From Elusimicrobiota bacterium (GTDB lineage: Bacteria > Elusimicrobiota > Elusimicrobia > UBA1565), in the NCBI GenBank assembly GCA_043827405.1, contig JBDRPD010000054.1, positions 79,691 to 143,690 of the forward strand: a stretch of 64,000 bases of DNA, given 5' to 3'. A model generated the notes under the pieces. The model was not told where the DNA came from. It saw nothing but the letters and a program-made list of their open reading frames with translations, and made no database searches. How positions within the stretch are numbered: the first letter of the stretch is position 1; every line of letters begins with the position of its first letter. Below, piece by piece: positions 48,008 to 56,519 of this stretch. The position numbers and the translations under genes are program-made.

Positions 48008-48829
48008 ATGCTAGCACGCAAGAAGATTGCCGTGATCGGGGCGGGCCATATCGGATCGGCGCTGATCGGGGGGATGCTCAACGCCAAGCTAGCCGCGCCC
48101 GGGCAGATCGTCGCAACCCGGCGCAGCGCCGCCGCCCGCGATGAGCTCAAAAAGAAGTGGGGCATCGCCGCGACCGGCGACAACCGCAAGGCCGCCGCCA
48201 AGGCGGACATTCTGCTGATCGCGGTCAAACCGCAAAACGCGCGCGAGGTGCTGGAGGACCTCGCTCCGGCCGTCACCACCCGGCACCTGCTGGTCAGCGT
48301 TATGGCCGGCATCACGACATCGACTATCCAGGCCTGGCTGGGCAAGGAAGTCCCCGTCGTCCGGGCGATGCCGAACACTCCGGTCCTGGTCGACGCGGGC
48401 GCAACGCCCATCGCCAAGAGCGCGGACGCCGCCGATACGCATCTGCGGCTGGCGGAATCGATCTTCCGGGCCGTCGGTACCGTCGAGGTCGTCCCGGAGC
48501 GGTTTATGGACGCCGTCACCGGCCTCTCCGGGTCCGGTCCGGTCTACGTCTTCATGATGATCGAGGCGCTGACCGACGGCGGAGTGAAAGTGGGGCTCCC
48601 GCGCGCGATCGCGGCTCGGCTCGCGGCGCAGACCGTCTTCGGCGCCGCCAAGCTGGTCATCGCGACCGGCAAGCATCCCGCGATCCTCAAAGACGACGTG
48701 ACCACGCCGGCGGGCACCGCCATCGAGGCTATTCACGAGCTGGAATCCCGCGGGCTGCGCTCGGACCTCATGCACGCGGTTATCGCCGCGACCCGGCGCT
48801 CCGAGGAGCTGAGCCGGACGCTGAAATAG
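48008..48829 (+). CDS. proC: Pyrroline-5-carboxylate reductase
   Basis: IGAGHIG, AVKPQ, VRAMPNTP, TGLSGSGP, VTTPAGTAI; start at ATG 48008. Confidence 0.95.
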   Translation: MLARKKIAVIGAGHIGSALIGGMLNAKLAAPGQIVATRRSAAARDELKKKWGIAATGDNRKAAAKADILLIAVKPQNAREVLEDLAPAVTTRHLLVSVMAGITTSTIQAWLGKEVPVVRAMPNTPVLVDAGATPIAKSADAADTHLRLAESIFRAVGTVEVVPERFMDAVTGLSGSGPVYVFMMIEALTDGGVKVGLPRAIAARLAAQTVFGAAKLVIATGKHPAILKDDVTTPAGTAIEAIHELESRGLRSDLMHAVIAATRRSEELSRTLK

Positions 48830-48842
48830 GAACTGCCCGCGG

Positions 48843-49463
48843 CTATGTTTTGATGCCGGGCGTCTCGTGGACGCCGGTGGCGATGCGGTCGAAGGCGGTG
48901 CCGGTCCGGAACTCCCGGTCGAGACGGAAGCCGTCGGCGGCGCGCACGACGCGGAAGATGTCGGGGTTGCGCATGGCGGACGCCTGCGCGAAGGCGAAGC
49001 GCGGGTCCACGGCGTTGAGAAACAGGCTGATGGCGTTGCCGTGGCTGCTGAGGGCAAGCGTTTTTCCCGCGTGGCGGTCCGCAATATCCGTTACCGCGGC
49101 GAACATCCGTTTCTGGCAGGCCGCGGAGCTCTCGGCATTTGGCAGGGCGTAGGAGTAGTCCTCCCAGGACTTGCGCCAAACCTCGGTGAAATCATCGATC
49201 CAGCCGGCGGATATCCTTCTTTCCCGCAGTTCGGGGTTTAGCCGGAACTCCTTGCCTGCCGCTTCGCAGTAGGGCTTGATGGTAGCGACGCAGCGGCTGT
49301 AGGGGCTGGTGTAAACCTCGTCGATGCCGAGTTCCTCGATGATGGGTGCGATGGCGGCCGCCTGCTGGATTCCCTTGTCGCTCAGCGGCCATTCCGGCTC
49401 GGTCAGTTCGACTTTCGGATGCGACTGCGCGTGGCGCACGAAATAGATGACGGTTTCCGCCAT
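48843..49463 (-). CDS. Histidine phosphatase family protein
   Basis: FVRHAQS, TSPYSRC, LRER, SSHGNAI. Confidence 0.88.
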   Translation of the reverse strand: MAETVIYFVRHAQSHPKVELTEPEWPLSDKGIQQAAAIAPIIEELGIDEVYTSPYSRCVATIKPYCEAAGKEFRLNPELRERRISAGWIDDFTEVWRKSWEDYSYALPNAESSAACQKRMFAAVTDIADRHAGKTLALSSHGNAISLFLNAVDPRFAFAQASAMRNPDIFRVVRAADGFRLDREFRTGTAFDRIATGVHETPGIKT

Positions 49464-50837
49464 CTACCGGGCGCGGAGCACGACGTCCGACTGGGAATCG
49501 TAGGTCGGCGTCTGGTCGCGGTTCTGCCGCCGCGCCTCGTCCTGGACGCGGGGCTTGAGATAATTGAACAGGCCCCTGGCGGTGACGCGTCCCTGTTCGT
49601 CAACGGCCGCGCCGTTGAGGCCCTGGAAGAAGTAGTAGGTGAACATGCCATGGCCGTACTCCGCGAGGGTCGTGGTAATCTGCAGGCCGTTGGCGGCGGT
49701 AAACAGCGTGAGCTTTCCTTTGACGGGGAGATCGGTATTCACCTTCATGACCAAGGGCCGGGCGCCTTTCGCCAGCACCGAACGGCCGCCCGCGCCCGAG
49801 AAGCAGGCGTCCAGAACAGCGATCACTTCCCGGGCTTTCAGGCTTTCCAGGTTCCGGTAGAGATCCTTGATCGGGTAGCCCGTGTCTTTCAGGAAGTTGG
49901 GATCGCCGTCCCAGGGGATCAGATAGGCTTCGCCGGTCACCGGGTTGGGCGCCCCGTGGCCGGAGAAGTAGAAGTAGACGCGGCTGGTCGGCCCTACGTT
50001 GCGCGGCAGCCATGAGTTGACGTACTTTACCAGCGCGGAGCGCACCGCCTTGTCCCCGGAAAGGCGGATGATGTTGCGCTCGGGGATGCCGAGGGCGCGA
50101 AAGTGATGGTAGGCCGTTTCCGCATCGCGCACGCCGAATTCGGCCGCCGGCAGGTTGGAGTAGCTGCCGATGCCGACGATCACTGCGAAATCCGCCGGCC
50201 GCTCTTGGCCGCGGAAGCTCGCCCGCAGCACGGGCGGGAGGTCGCGGTCGTCCGCGGTGACGGCGGACGGCCGCGGCAGCGCGGCGGCGGGAGCCGTAGG
50301 CGCGTGCGCCGCCAGCAGCATCTGGATGTTGCTGTAGCCTTTGTCGCTGGCGGCATTGATCGCCTTATCGTCCGGCACTCCTCCGGATTTAAGCAGCATT
50401 TGGACGATGCTCATAGAGCCCTTTATCGACGCAAGCTGCAGCGGTGAGTTCAGGTTGCGGCCGCCCTTGTTGGGATCAGCGCCTGCGTCAAGGAGGATGC
50501 GGACGGCTTTTTCGTCCTCGATCTCTACCGCGACGTAGAGCGGTGTTGGGTTGAAAGCGGGAGACAGCATTACGAGTTTGTTGGGGTCAGAGCCGGCGCG
50601 TAGCAGCGTCTTGATCACATCGTGGTGCCGCTTATAGAGGGCATAGTACATCGCGTTGCGGCGAATCATCGGCGCATCAAGCGTCATCGGACGCGCATAT
50701 CGGTCGGGATCGGTTTCTCCGCGCATGATGATGGCTCCGACTTCGGCGGCATCGCCATTTTTCGCCGCCCGCATCAGCGGCGTGGCGCAGCCTGTAAGTG
50801 AGATAGCGAGGACGAGAAGAGTGATTTTCTTAAGCAT
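49464..50837 (-). CDS. Lipoprotein with ankyrin repeats and caspase-like (peptidase C14) domain
   Basis: Lipobox ISLTGC from ATG 50837; TPLMRAA, TPLYVAV, SPLQLAS; YFSGHG and LDACFSG dyad; QTP end. Confidence 0.88.
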   Translation of the reverse strand: MLKKITLLVLAISLTGCATPLMRAAKNGDAAEVGAIIMRGETDPDRYARPMTLDAPMIRRNAMYYALYKRHHDVIKTLLRAGSDPNKLVMLSPAFNPTPLYVAVEIEDEKAVRILLDAGADPNKGGRNLNSPLQLASIKGSMSIVQMLLKSGGVPDDKAINAASDKGYSNIQMLLAAHAPTAPAAALPRPSAVTADDRDLPPVLRASFRGQERPADFAVIVGIGSYSNLPAAEFGVRDAETAYHHFRALGIPERNIIRLSGDKAVRSALVKYVNSWLPRNVGPTSRVYFYFSGHGAPNPVTGEAYLIPWDGDPNFLKDTGYPIKDLYRNLESLKAREVIAVLDACFSGAGGRSVLAKGARPLVMKVNTDLPVKGKLTLFTAANGLQITTTLAEYGHGMFTYYFFQGLNGAAVDEQGRVTARGLFNYLKPRVQDEARRQNRDQTPTYDSQSDVVLRAR

Positions 50838-50865
50838 GCGGAAAGTATATGAAATGCTTCGCCGG

Positions 50866-51441
50866 TCAGTGCCCGGCGAAGCCGCGGGCCGTGATGTCCC
50901 AAGGGGGGGAGGACTCGATGGCGGGAAGCACATCTGCCGGCGCGGCCGCCACGCGCCACATGTCGCGATGGCGCTCGTCTAAAAACTTCTCGACTACGGC
51001 TTTCTCGAGCTGGGCGATCAGCGGATCGTAGTAGCCGCGGATATTGACGATCACGATGGGCTTGAGAAAGAGGCCGAGCCGTTTCCAGGTGATCGCCTCC
51101 AGCAGCTCCTCGAAAGTCCCCGTTCCGCCCGGCAGCGCGCATAGGGCGTCGGCGCTTTCCATCATGAGCTTCTTGCGCTCGTGGATGTCGTTGACTACTT
51201 TCAGCTCGGAGACGCCCTTATGGCCCCATTCAAGCTCCTGCATGAATTCGGGGATGATGCCGATCACTTGGCCTTTGGCGGCGAGGGCGCCGTCGGCGAG
51301 GCTGCCCATGAGCCCCACCGAGCCGCCGCCGTAGATGACGGTATGGCCGTTTTCCGCCAGCCGGCGGCCGAGCTCACCGGCGGCGTCGAGATAGGCCGCG
51401 TCCACGCTGCGGCTCGACGCGGCGTAGACGCAGATATTCAC
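50866..51441 (-). CDS. LOG family (TIGR00730-type) nucleotide phosphoribohydrolase
   Basis: NICVYAASS, YGGGSVGLMG, HERKKLM, LPGGTGTFEEL; GTG 51441 overlaps the upstream stop. Confidence 0.9.
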   Translation of the reverse strand: MNICVYAASSRSVDAAYLDAAGELGRRLAENGHTVIYGGGSVGLMGSLADGALAAKGQVIGIIPEFMQELEWGHKGVSELKVVNDIHERKKLMMESADALCALPGGTGTFEELLEAITWKRLGLFLKPIVIVNIRGYYDPLIAQLEKAVVEKFLDERHRDMWRVAAAPADVLPAIESSPPWDITARGFAGH

Positions 51442-52085
51442 GCCGGCACTTTTCTGAAGGCCGCTTCGGCGACGAAGTGCCGTTCGGGCTGATCGCCGCC
51501 GTGGGTATGCCAGGGGCCGATGTCTTCCATGCCCGCGATCATGGTCAGCGCGCCGAACACCTGCCGGAGCTCGCCCGGCTTGAGGAAGGTGCGGATGCGG
51601 CCGTCGCTCGTCTTGTATGAGTGCTCGCCGATCAGCTCGCAGTTGTCGCGGTACCAATGGTAGGCCGGCTCCTGGATGGTGAAGGCGTTGACGAGCAGCA
51701 GCCCGTCGTCGCGCAGCCAGGAGGACGCTTTTTTCGCCAGCGTTTGGATGCCGTCGCGGTCAAGGTCGGGAATGATGCCGAACAGCAGCACCGCGGAATA
51801 GGCGCCGGGCTTCTCCCATCGGTCGAAGCCGCAGAGATGCGCTTCCACCGGCAGCTGGTCCCCGGCCGCCGCCTTTTTGATCGAATCGACGCCGACCTGC
51901 GAAAGGTCGACGGCGTGGACGCTGTAGCCTTCCTTTGCCAGATAGAGGGCGTTGCGTCCCTGGCCGGCGCCCATATCAAGGACGGGGTGGGCGCGGTCGA
52001 TGCGGTCTTGATAGATCTGCACGATGCGCGACGGCTTGTCGCCGAAGAGCCGCTCTTCCTGCCGGTATTTTTCATCGTAAGACAT
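51438..52085 (-). CDS. Class I SAM-dependent methyltransferase (TehB-like)
   Basis: VLDMGAGQGRNALYLA, AVDLS. Confidence 0.87.
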   Translation of the reverse strand: MSYDEKYRQEERLFGDKPSRIVQIYQDRIDRAHPVLDMGAGQGRNALYLAKEGYSVHAVDLSQVGVDSIKKAAAGDQLPVEAHLCGFDRWEKPGAYSAVLLFGIIPDLDRDGIQTLAKKASSWLRDDGLLLVNAFTIQEPAYHWYRDNCELIGEHSYKTSDGRIRTFLKPGELRQVFGALTMIAGMEDIGPWHTHGGDQPERHFVAEAAFRKVPA

Positions 52086-52147
52086 CGGGAGGCCTATATT
52101 ATCAAAGAAGCCGTAACGTTTTCCTGGATGAGATAGCGGCTGACGTC

Positions 52148-52690
52148 TTAGGGCTGCGCACGCAGCAGGCGCCGAATATTCTCGCCGATATCGTCGATAT
52201 TGGCCTTGGCTTCAATCTTCGCGCCGGCCGCCAGCAGGATCTCGACGATCTTCATTTCGCCTCGATGCGCGGCGCGCATTACCGCCGATTCCCCGTCGTC
52301 GCCGGCGGCGTCGGGGTCGGCGCCGAAACGCAGCAGCAAGCGCACCGCTTCGGCGTCGCCCTGGTCAATCCATTCGGCCAAAAGCCGGCTCATGCTCTGC
52401 GCCGCCTGCTCGGGAGTTTCGCCGGATGCGGCGAGAATCTTTCGCATCGCCGATTCGTCGTGCTCGCGGATGACCCGGTCGAGAGGGGTTTCTCCGGGAG
52501 GCCCATACTTGCTTAAGGCGCGATGGTATATCTCCACGCCGACGGCGCAGGCGAACAAGACCGCGACCGCGCATCCCACCCACAGCGCCAGTTTGCCGGC
52601 GGGGATCTGGGTCAGCCGGTGGGCGAGGAATATCCCGGCGGCCGTCAGCAGGACGGTGAGTAAATGCCAGGTGCCGGTTTTTAGCTGCAT
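52148..52690 (-). CDS. Membrane protein with ankyrin repeats
   Basis: Two N-terminal TM segments; LLLRFGADPD, GESAVMRAAHRG, ILLAAGA. Confidence 0.75.
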   Translation of the reverse strand: MQLKTGTWHLLTVLLTAAGIFLAHRLTQIPAGKLALWVGCAVAVLFACAVGVEIYHRALSKYGPPGETPLDRVIREHDESAMRKILAASGETPEQAAQSMSRLLAEWIDQGDAEAVRLLLRFGADPDAAGDDGESAVMRAAHRGEMKIVEILLAAGAKIEAKANIDDIGENIRRLLRAQP

Positions 52691-52800
52691 GGCTCGATCA
52701 TAGTTTACTTTATCGTCGCCGGTGTTATTATTGGCGGCGGTCCTTCACTCATATCCGGCAGGCGCTAATTAATCCTGCGGGATTCTGGAGAACACCGGAT

Positions 52801-53244
52801 ATGAAGATGATTACAACAGAAGATCTGTGCCGTCGGATGAATGTGGGCCCGGTCGCCGTATTTGACGTGCGGGGGGATACGGACTATGAACAGGGGCATA
52901 TCCCGGACGCCAAGACCGCGCCGCTGGGCTCGTTGGGGTTTCGCGTGGCGCATGTCATGAATCCAGGTTCCTTTGTCGTCGTCTACTCGGGCGGCGGCGA
53001 CTGCCGGTTGGCCTCCGAGGCCGCTGCGCGGTTGCAGAATCTGGGGATGACCAACATCCACTGCCACGAAGCGGGCTTGGCGGGCTGGCGGGCGGCGGGG
53101 CATCCGGTAGTAGGGTCGGTAAAGGCCAAGGTCCACACCTACGGCGAGTTTGTGAGCTGCCGGCCGATCGTTGTCGATCGGGAGCAGGCCTACGGCGGCG
53201 TCTTCAAGGGCATTCCAGACAGCGTCGAGGGCGCGGGCGGCTAG
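52801..53244 (+). CDS. Rhodanese-like domain protein
   Basis: FDVRG..DYEQGHIPDA, VVVYSGGGDC, AGLAGW; ends in EGAGG. Confidence 0.82.
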   Translation: MKMITTEDLCRRMNVGPVAVFDVRGDTDYEQGHIPDAKTAPLGSLGFRVAHVMNPGSFVVVYSGGGDCRLASEAAARLQNLGMTNIHCHEAGLAGWRAAGHPVVGSVKAKVHTYGEFVSCRPIVVDREQAYGGVFKGIPDSVEGAGG

Positions 53245-54149
53245 CCGTCCCGCCGGTCCGACCAGTCGACATGCTTGAAGCGCCGGTGTATCCACAGCCA
53301 CTGCTCCGGGTGCCGGCGTACCCATTGCTCTACCCGGGATGCCAATACCTGGGTGGCCGCTTCGGTGCTTTCCAGGGCCGGGCCGAAATCCAGTTCCGGT
53401 TCGATAACGATATGCGAGATACCCTTGGGGTCACGGTAGGTGTAGGCGGGGATGACGGCGGCGCCGGTCCGTTTGGCTAATGGTCCGATCGCCGCCAAGG
53501 TCGCGACCTTGACTCCGAAAAAGCGGACCGGGACGCCCATCGGCGCTCCCGCATACTGGTCGTTCATGAAGGCGACGGCTTCCTTTTTGCGCAAGGCCCG
53601 GAGCACTGTGGACATGGATCCTGGGTGGAGGGCCGGGCGAACTCCCGTCGACAAGCGCTGTTCGGTGAATAGCTTATGGAGCCAAGCCGGTTTTAGGATG
53701 GTCGTGACTATGGTTAAGGGGATGCCCGCGAGCGCGCCGGCCGCGGCCAGCATCTCCCAGTATCCGACATGGGCGGCCACGAAAATGACTCCTTTGCCTT
53801 TGTCGCGGGCCCGTTCCCAATGAGCAAAGCCTTCGACGACCGAATGCCGGGCCATATAGCTCCGGTAATGTCCCTTCGCCGGGGAGAAGAAATGCATGTA
53901 TTCGAATAAGAGCAGGCCGTAGTGCTCGTAGTTCCGGCGGGCCAATTCGGTCCGCGCGCCGGCGTCGAGTTCGGGATAGCCGTTGCGTAGATTTTCCAGA
54001 ACGATCCGGCGCCGGAACAGGCCCAAGGCGAACGCCAGTCGTCCCAGCCGCCGCCCCAGGAACAGTTCCGCTCCACGGGGGAGCGCGGCAGCCAACAGGC
54101 CGAAGAAGAAGAGGATGATTCGCAGCGGTACCGAGAGCAGCGGGCTCAA
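53241..54149 (-). CDS. Lipid A late acyltransferase (LpxL/HtrB family)
   Basis: AAHVGYWE, FMNDQ, VRFFG, VRRHPEQWLWIHRRFK; TTG 54149 overlaps the upstream TGA. Confidence 0.9.
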   Translation of the reverse strand: MSPLLSVPLRIILFFFGLLAAALPRGAELFLGRRLGRLAFALGLFRRRIVLENLRNGYPELDAGARTELARRNYEHYGLLLFEYMHFFSPAKGHYRSYMARHSVVEGFAHWERARDKGKGVIFVAAHVGYWEMLAAAGALAGIPLTIVTTILKPAWLHKLFTEQRLSTGVRPALHPGSMSTVLRALRKKEAVAFMNDQYAGAPMGVPVRFFGVKVATLAAIGPLAKRTGAAVIPAYTYRDPKGISHIVIEPELDFGPALESTEAATQVLASRVEQWVRRHPEQWLWIHRRFKHVDWSDRRDG

Positions 54150-55600
54150 GGGATTTTTACCGCCGTTTCTCCGCGCAGGAAAGCGATCGCCTCCGCGACG
54201 GAATACTCCGTCCGACGCAGACGTCTCTGCAGCTCGCGCACCGGGCTGATGTCGCCGAGGGTGACCACGGGCTTCTCGCCCGGCTGCCCCACGCCGCAGG
54301 CGGCCAGCAGGCCGTTGCATAGGCACATCGCGCCCTTGGTCCGCCACAGCGCGCCGCCGGACTTCTTAAAAATGGCGGGGTCGTCGGCCGAGCACAGCCC
54401 TACGGCCCGGCGGCCCATGGGCCGGTAGCCGCGCAGATGTCCGACGTTGCACCTTCTTGGCCGCGCCTCGTAGACGGCCGGATCGCCTATCGTCCCGGGA
54501 ACGAGCGCCACCTTGAAGGGGTAGGTGCTGGGAGATGCGCAGGGGTCGGTTACCACTTCAAGCTGCCGCTTCCAGATCAGCTGCAGCACGTTCCGGCGCA
54601 GGTTTGGATACATCCCGGACTCGTTGGCCAGGGCGAACAGCGTGCCCACCTGACGGCGGCGCGAGCCCCGGTCGGCGTCCGGCTGCTCCGGATGGCCGTA
54701 TCCCCCGGCCAGCCAGAACGGCAGGCCGAGCGCGGCGACGGCGTCCAGATCCGCGTCGTCTTCCGGCCCGTACATATAGTGGCCGCGCTCGTCGAGCTTC
54801 TTCTTGAGCGGCGGAGCGTTGTGCCCCCCGGCCGGCGGCGCTTCGATCACAAAGCCTTCGGGACGCGTTTTGTCCGAGGCGGCCAGCCCGGCCGCCTGCA
54901 GATGCGAGCTGACGATGGCGAAGAATGCCGGCCGTGCGGGAGGCGGCAGGCTGTCGCCGACCAGCTCTTTAGGATCGAAGCGGATTCTGTAGGTCCCGCC
55001 CGGCACGGTCGCTACCTGGACCGAGAGCTCGGCCGGCTCGTTACGGGAAAGCCGGTTCATGATATCGGGGATATCGCTGATGTCGCCCGCCCCCATGACG
55101 ACCCAATCGGCGCCTGCCAGCATGGCCCCGTAGAGACCGTAGAGGAGCGGACGTTCGATCTTGCGCAGGAAATTGATGCCGATAGGCCGGTCCGGAGCGG
55201 CCTTCTTGGTGCGCCATATATGCGCGAATGTGGCCGCGATGGTAAGAATCTGCACGTCGCGCGGCGGGGTCATCCCGCCAATCGAGATGCCTCGGAAGGG
55301 AACGGTAACGATCTTTCCTCCCGGGATATGATAGTTGGTGTAAAGGCGGTCGATGTCGCCGGCCAGCGCCGGTATTGCGCCGCCGCAGGCGGTGAAGGCC
55401 TCGCGGATCTCGTTGTTGGCGTCGCCCAACTGCAGCCGGTGAACGTAAATATCGGCGAGGGCCGTGGCGGAGAGACTGCCGGAAATGCGTCCGCCGGGGT
55501 GGTTGGCCGCCGCGGCTACAAGCTCAATGCTCGAAATGTCCGCGCCCATGCCGCCGACGAGGATGTCGAGATCTTTCCAAGCTGCCGGGGCGGGGGGCAT
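54146..55600 (-). CDS. Nitronate monooxygenase/FabK-like FMN TIM-barrel flavoprotein with C-terminal cysteine cluster
   Basis: ILVGGMG, IGINFL, VMGAG, EAPPAGGHNAPP, FWLAGG, QVGTLF, ESG, CNVGHL, LCS, CLCNGL. Confidence 0.8.
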   Translation of the reverse strand: MPPAPAAWKDLDILVGGMGADISSIELVAAAANHPGGRISGSLSATALADIYVHRLQLGDANNEIREAFTACGGAIPALAGDIDRLYTNYHIPGGKIVTVPFRGISIGGMTPPRDVQILTIAATFAHIWRTKKAAPDRPIGINFLRKIERPLLYGLYGAMLAGADWVVMGAGDISDIPDIMNRLSRNEPAELSVQVATVPGGTYRIRFDPKELVGDSLPPPARPAFFAIVSSHLQAAGLAASDKTRPEGFVIEAPPAGGHNAPPLKKKLDERGHYMYGPEDDADLDAVAALGLPFWLAGGYGHPEQPDADRGSRRRQVGTLFALANESGMYPNLRRNVLQLIWKRQLEVVTDPCASPSTYPFKVALVPGTIGDPAVYEARPRRCNVGHLRGYRPMGRRAVGLCSADDPAIFKKSGGALWRTKGAMCLCNGLLAACGVGQPGEKPVVTLGDISPVRELQRRLRRTEYSVAEAIAFLRGETAVKIP

Positions 55601-55624
55601 AGTCGAGATTCCTTACCGGGGGTG

Positions 55625-55654
55625 AGGAAAGGCCCGCGCCAAGAGGCGCGGGCC
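55625..55654 (-). terminator. Intrinsic terminator after csp
   Basis: GGCCCGCGCC-N4-GGCGCGGGCC stem (55631-55654) followed on the minus strand by TTTCCT. Confidence 0.65.
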
Positions 55655-55679
55655 CATCCTTTGAATTGATGCTAGCGGG

Positions 55680-55883
55680 TCAGGCGACGGCCTTGACGTT
55701 CCCGGCGCGCGGTCCTTTTTCGGACTGCTCGACGTCGAACTCGACCTGCTGGTTTTCCGCCAGGGTCTTGAAGCCGTCGGCCAAAATGGACGTGTGATGG
55801 ACAAAAAGGTCCTTGGATCCGTCCTCCGGCGTGATGAAGCCGAAGCCCTTCTGATCGTTGAACCACTTTACGGTGCCTTTCAT
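55680..55883 (-). CDS. cspA: Cold-shock protein
   Basis: [32 protein letters not shown]. Confidence 0.96.
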   Translation of the reverse strand: MKGTVKWFNDQKGFGFITPEDGSKDLFVHHTSILADGFKTLAENQQVEFDVEQSEKGPRAGNVKAVA

Positions 55884-55986
55884 ATTATGAATCCTCTGGT
55901 ACGGTTTGTAAGCTGCGACTTACACGCTTCTGGAAAGTGATCCTTCGAAAAGAGGTGAATCGCGGAGCTATGATTGCTGCGTATGT

Positions 55987-55995
55987 ATTATAGCA
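55987..55995 (-). promoter_or_regulatory. Extended -10 promoter of csp, giving a 5' UTR of about 100 nt
   Basis: TGCTATAAT on the minus strand. Confidence 0.6.
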
Positions 55996-56032
55996 CGATA
56001 TCCGGCCCCGCTGGAGACGGTACGGAGGGGCC

Positions 56033-56434
56033 TTAGAAGGCTATCTCGATGCGGCACTTTATGGCGTAGCCGCAGGGCTGCGGGATGCCGCCGAACCCCT
56101 CCGCTTTGCAGGTGCCGGAGGCTTCGCCTTGCGGTTCTTGAGCCTCGACCATCGCGCCGATCTTCTCGCTGAAATCGAATTTTCCGACGCCGCAGGTGCC
56201 GGGGCAGCCGCAGGCGAAATTAGTCGCGTCCGCCGAGGTGAACCGGCGGGTCTCTTCTTGGACGAGGACGTTCTGCGGGCTGGTTATGGCAAGCTGGATG
56301 GTGAGACTGGAGATTTCGGGATGGAGCTGCCTTAGCGCCGGCCCGGTGGCTGTCGGGTGATCGCTCTGCGCTCGCCGCTGGATTTTCTTCTGGTTTTTGC
56401 TCGGTCCCGGCTTTTTTCGTCTCTGAAATCGCAT
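56033..56434 (-). CDS. Small Cys-rich hypothetical protein with basic N-terminus
   Basis: AAAGGAGG RBS before ATG 56434; MRFQRRKKPG...; CGCPGTC, C, C, C. Confidence 0.7.
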   Translation of the reverse strand: MRFQRRKKPGPSKNQKKIQRRAQSDHPTATGPALRQLHPEISSLTIQLAITSPQNVLVQEETRRFTSADATNFACGCPGTCGVGKFDFSEKIGAMVEAQEPQGEASGTCKAEGFGGIPQPCGYAIKCRIEIAF

Positions 56435-56519
56435 GCATGCCCTCCTTTGGGTCGGCGGGTGATGGTAGCAATAAGCGTGCCGCCAGCGATACCCCCGTCC
56501 AGCGGGTGCGGAGAAGCCG

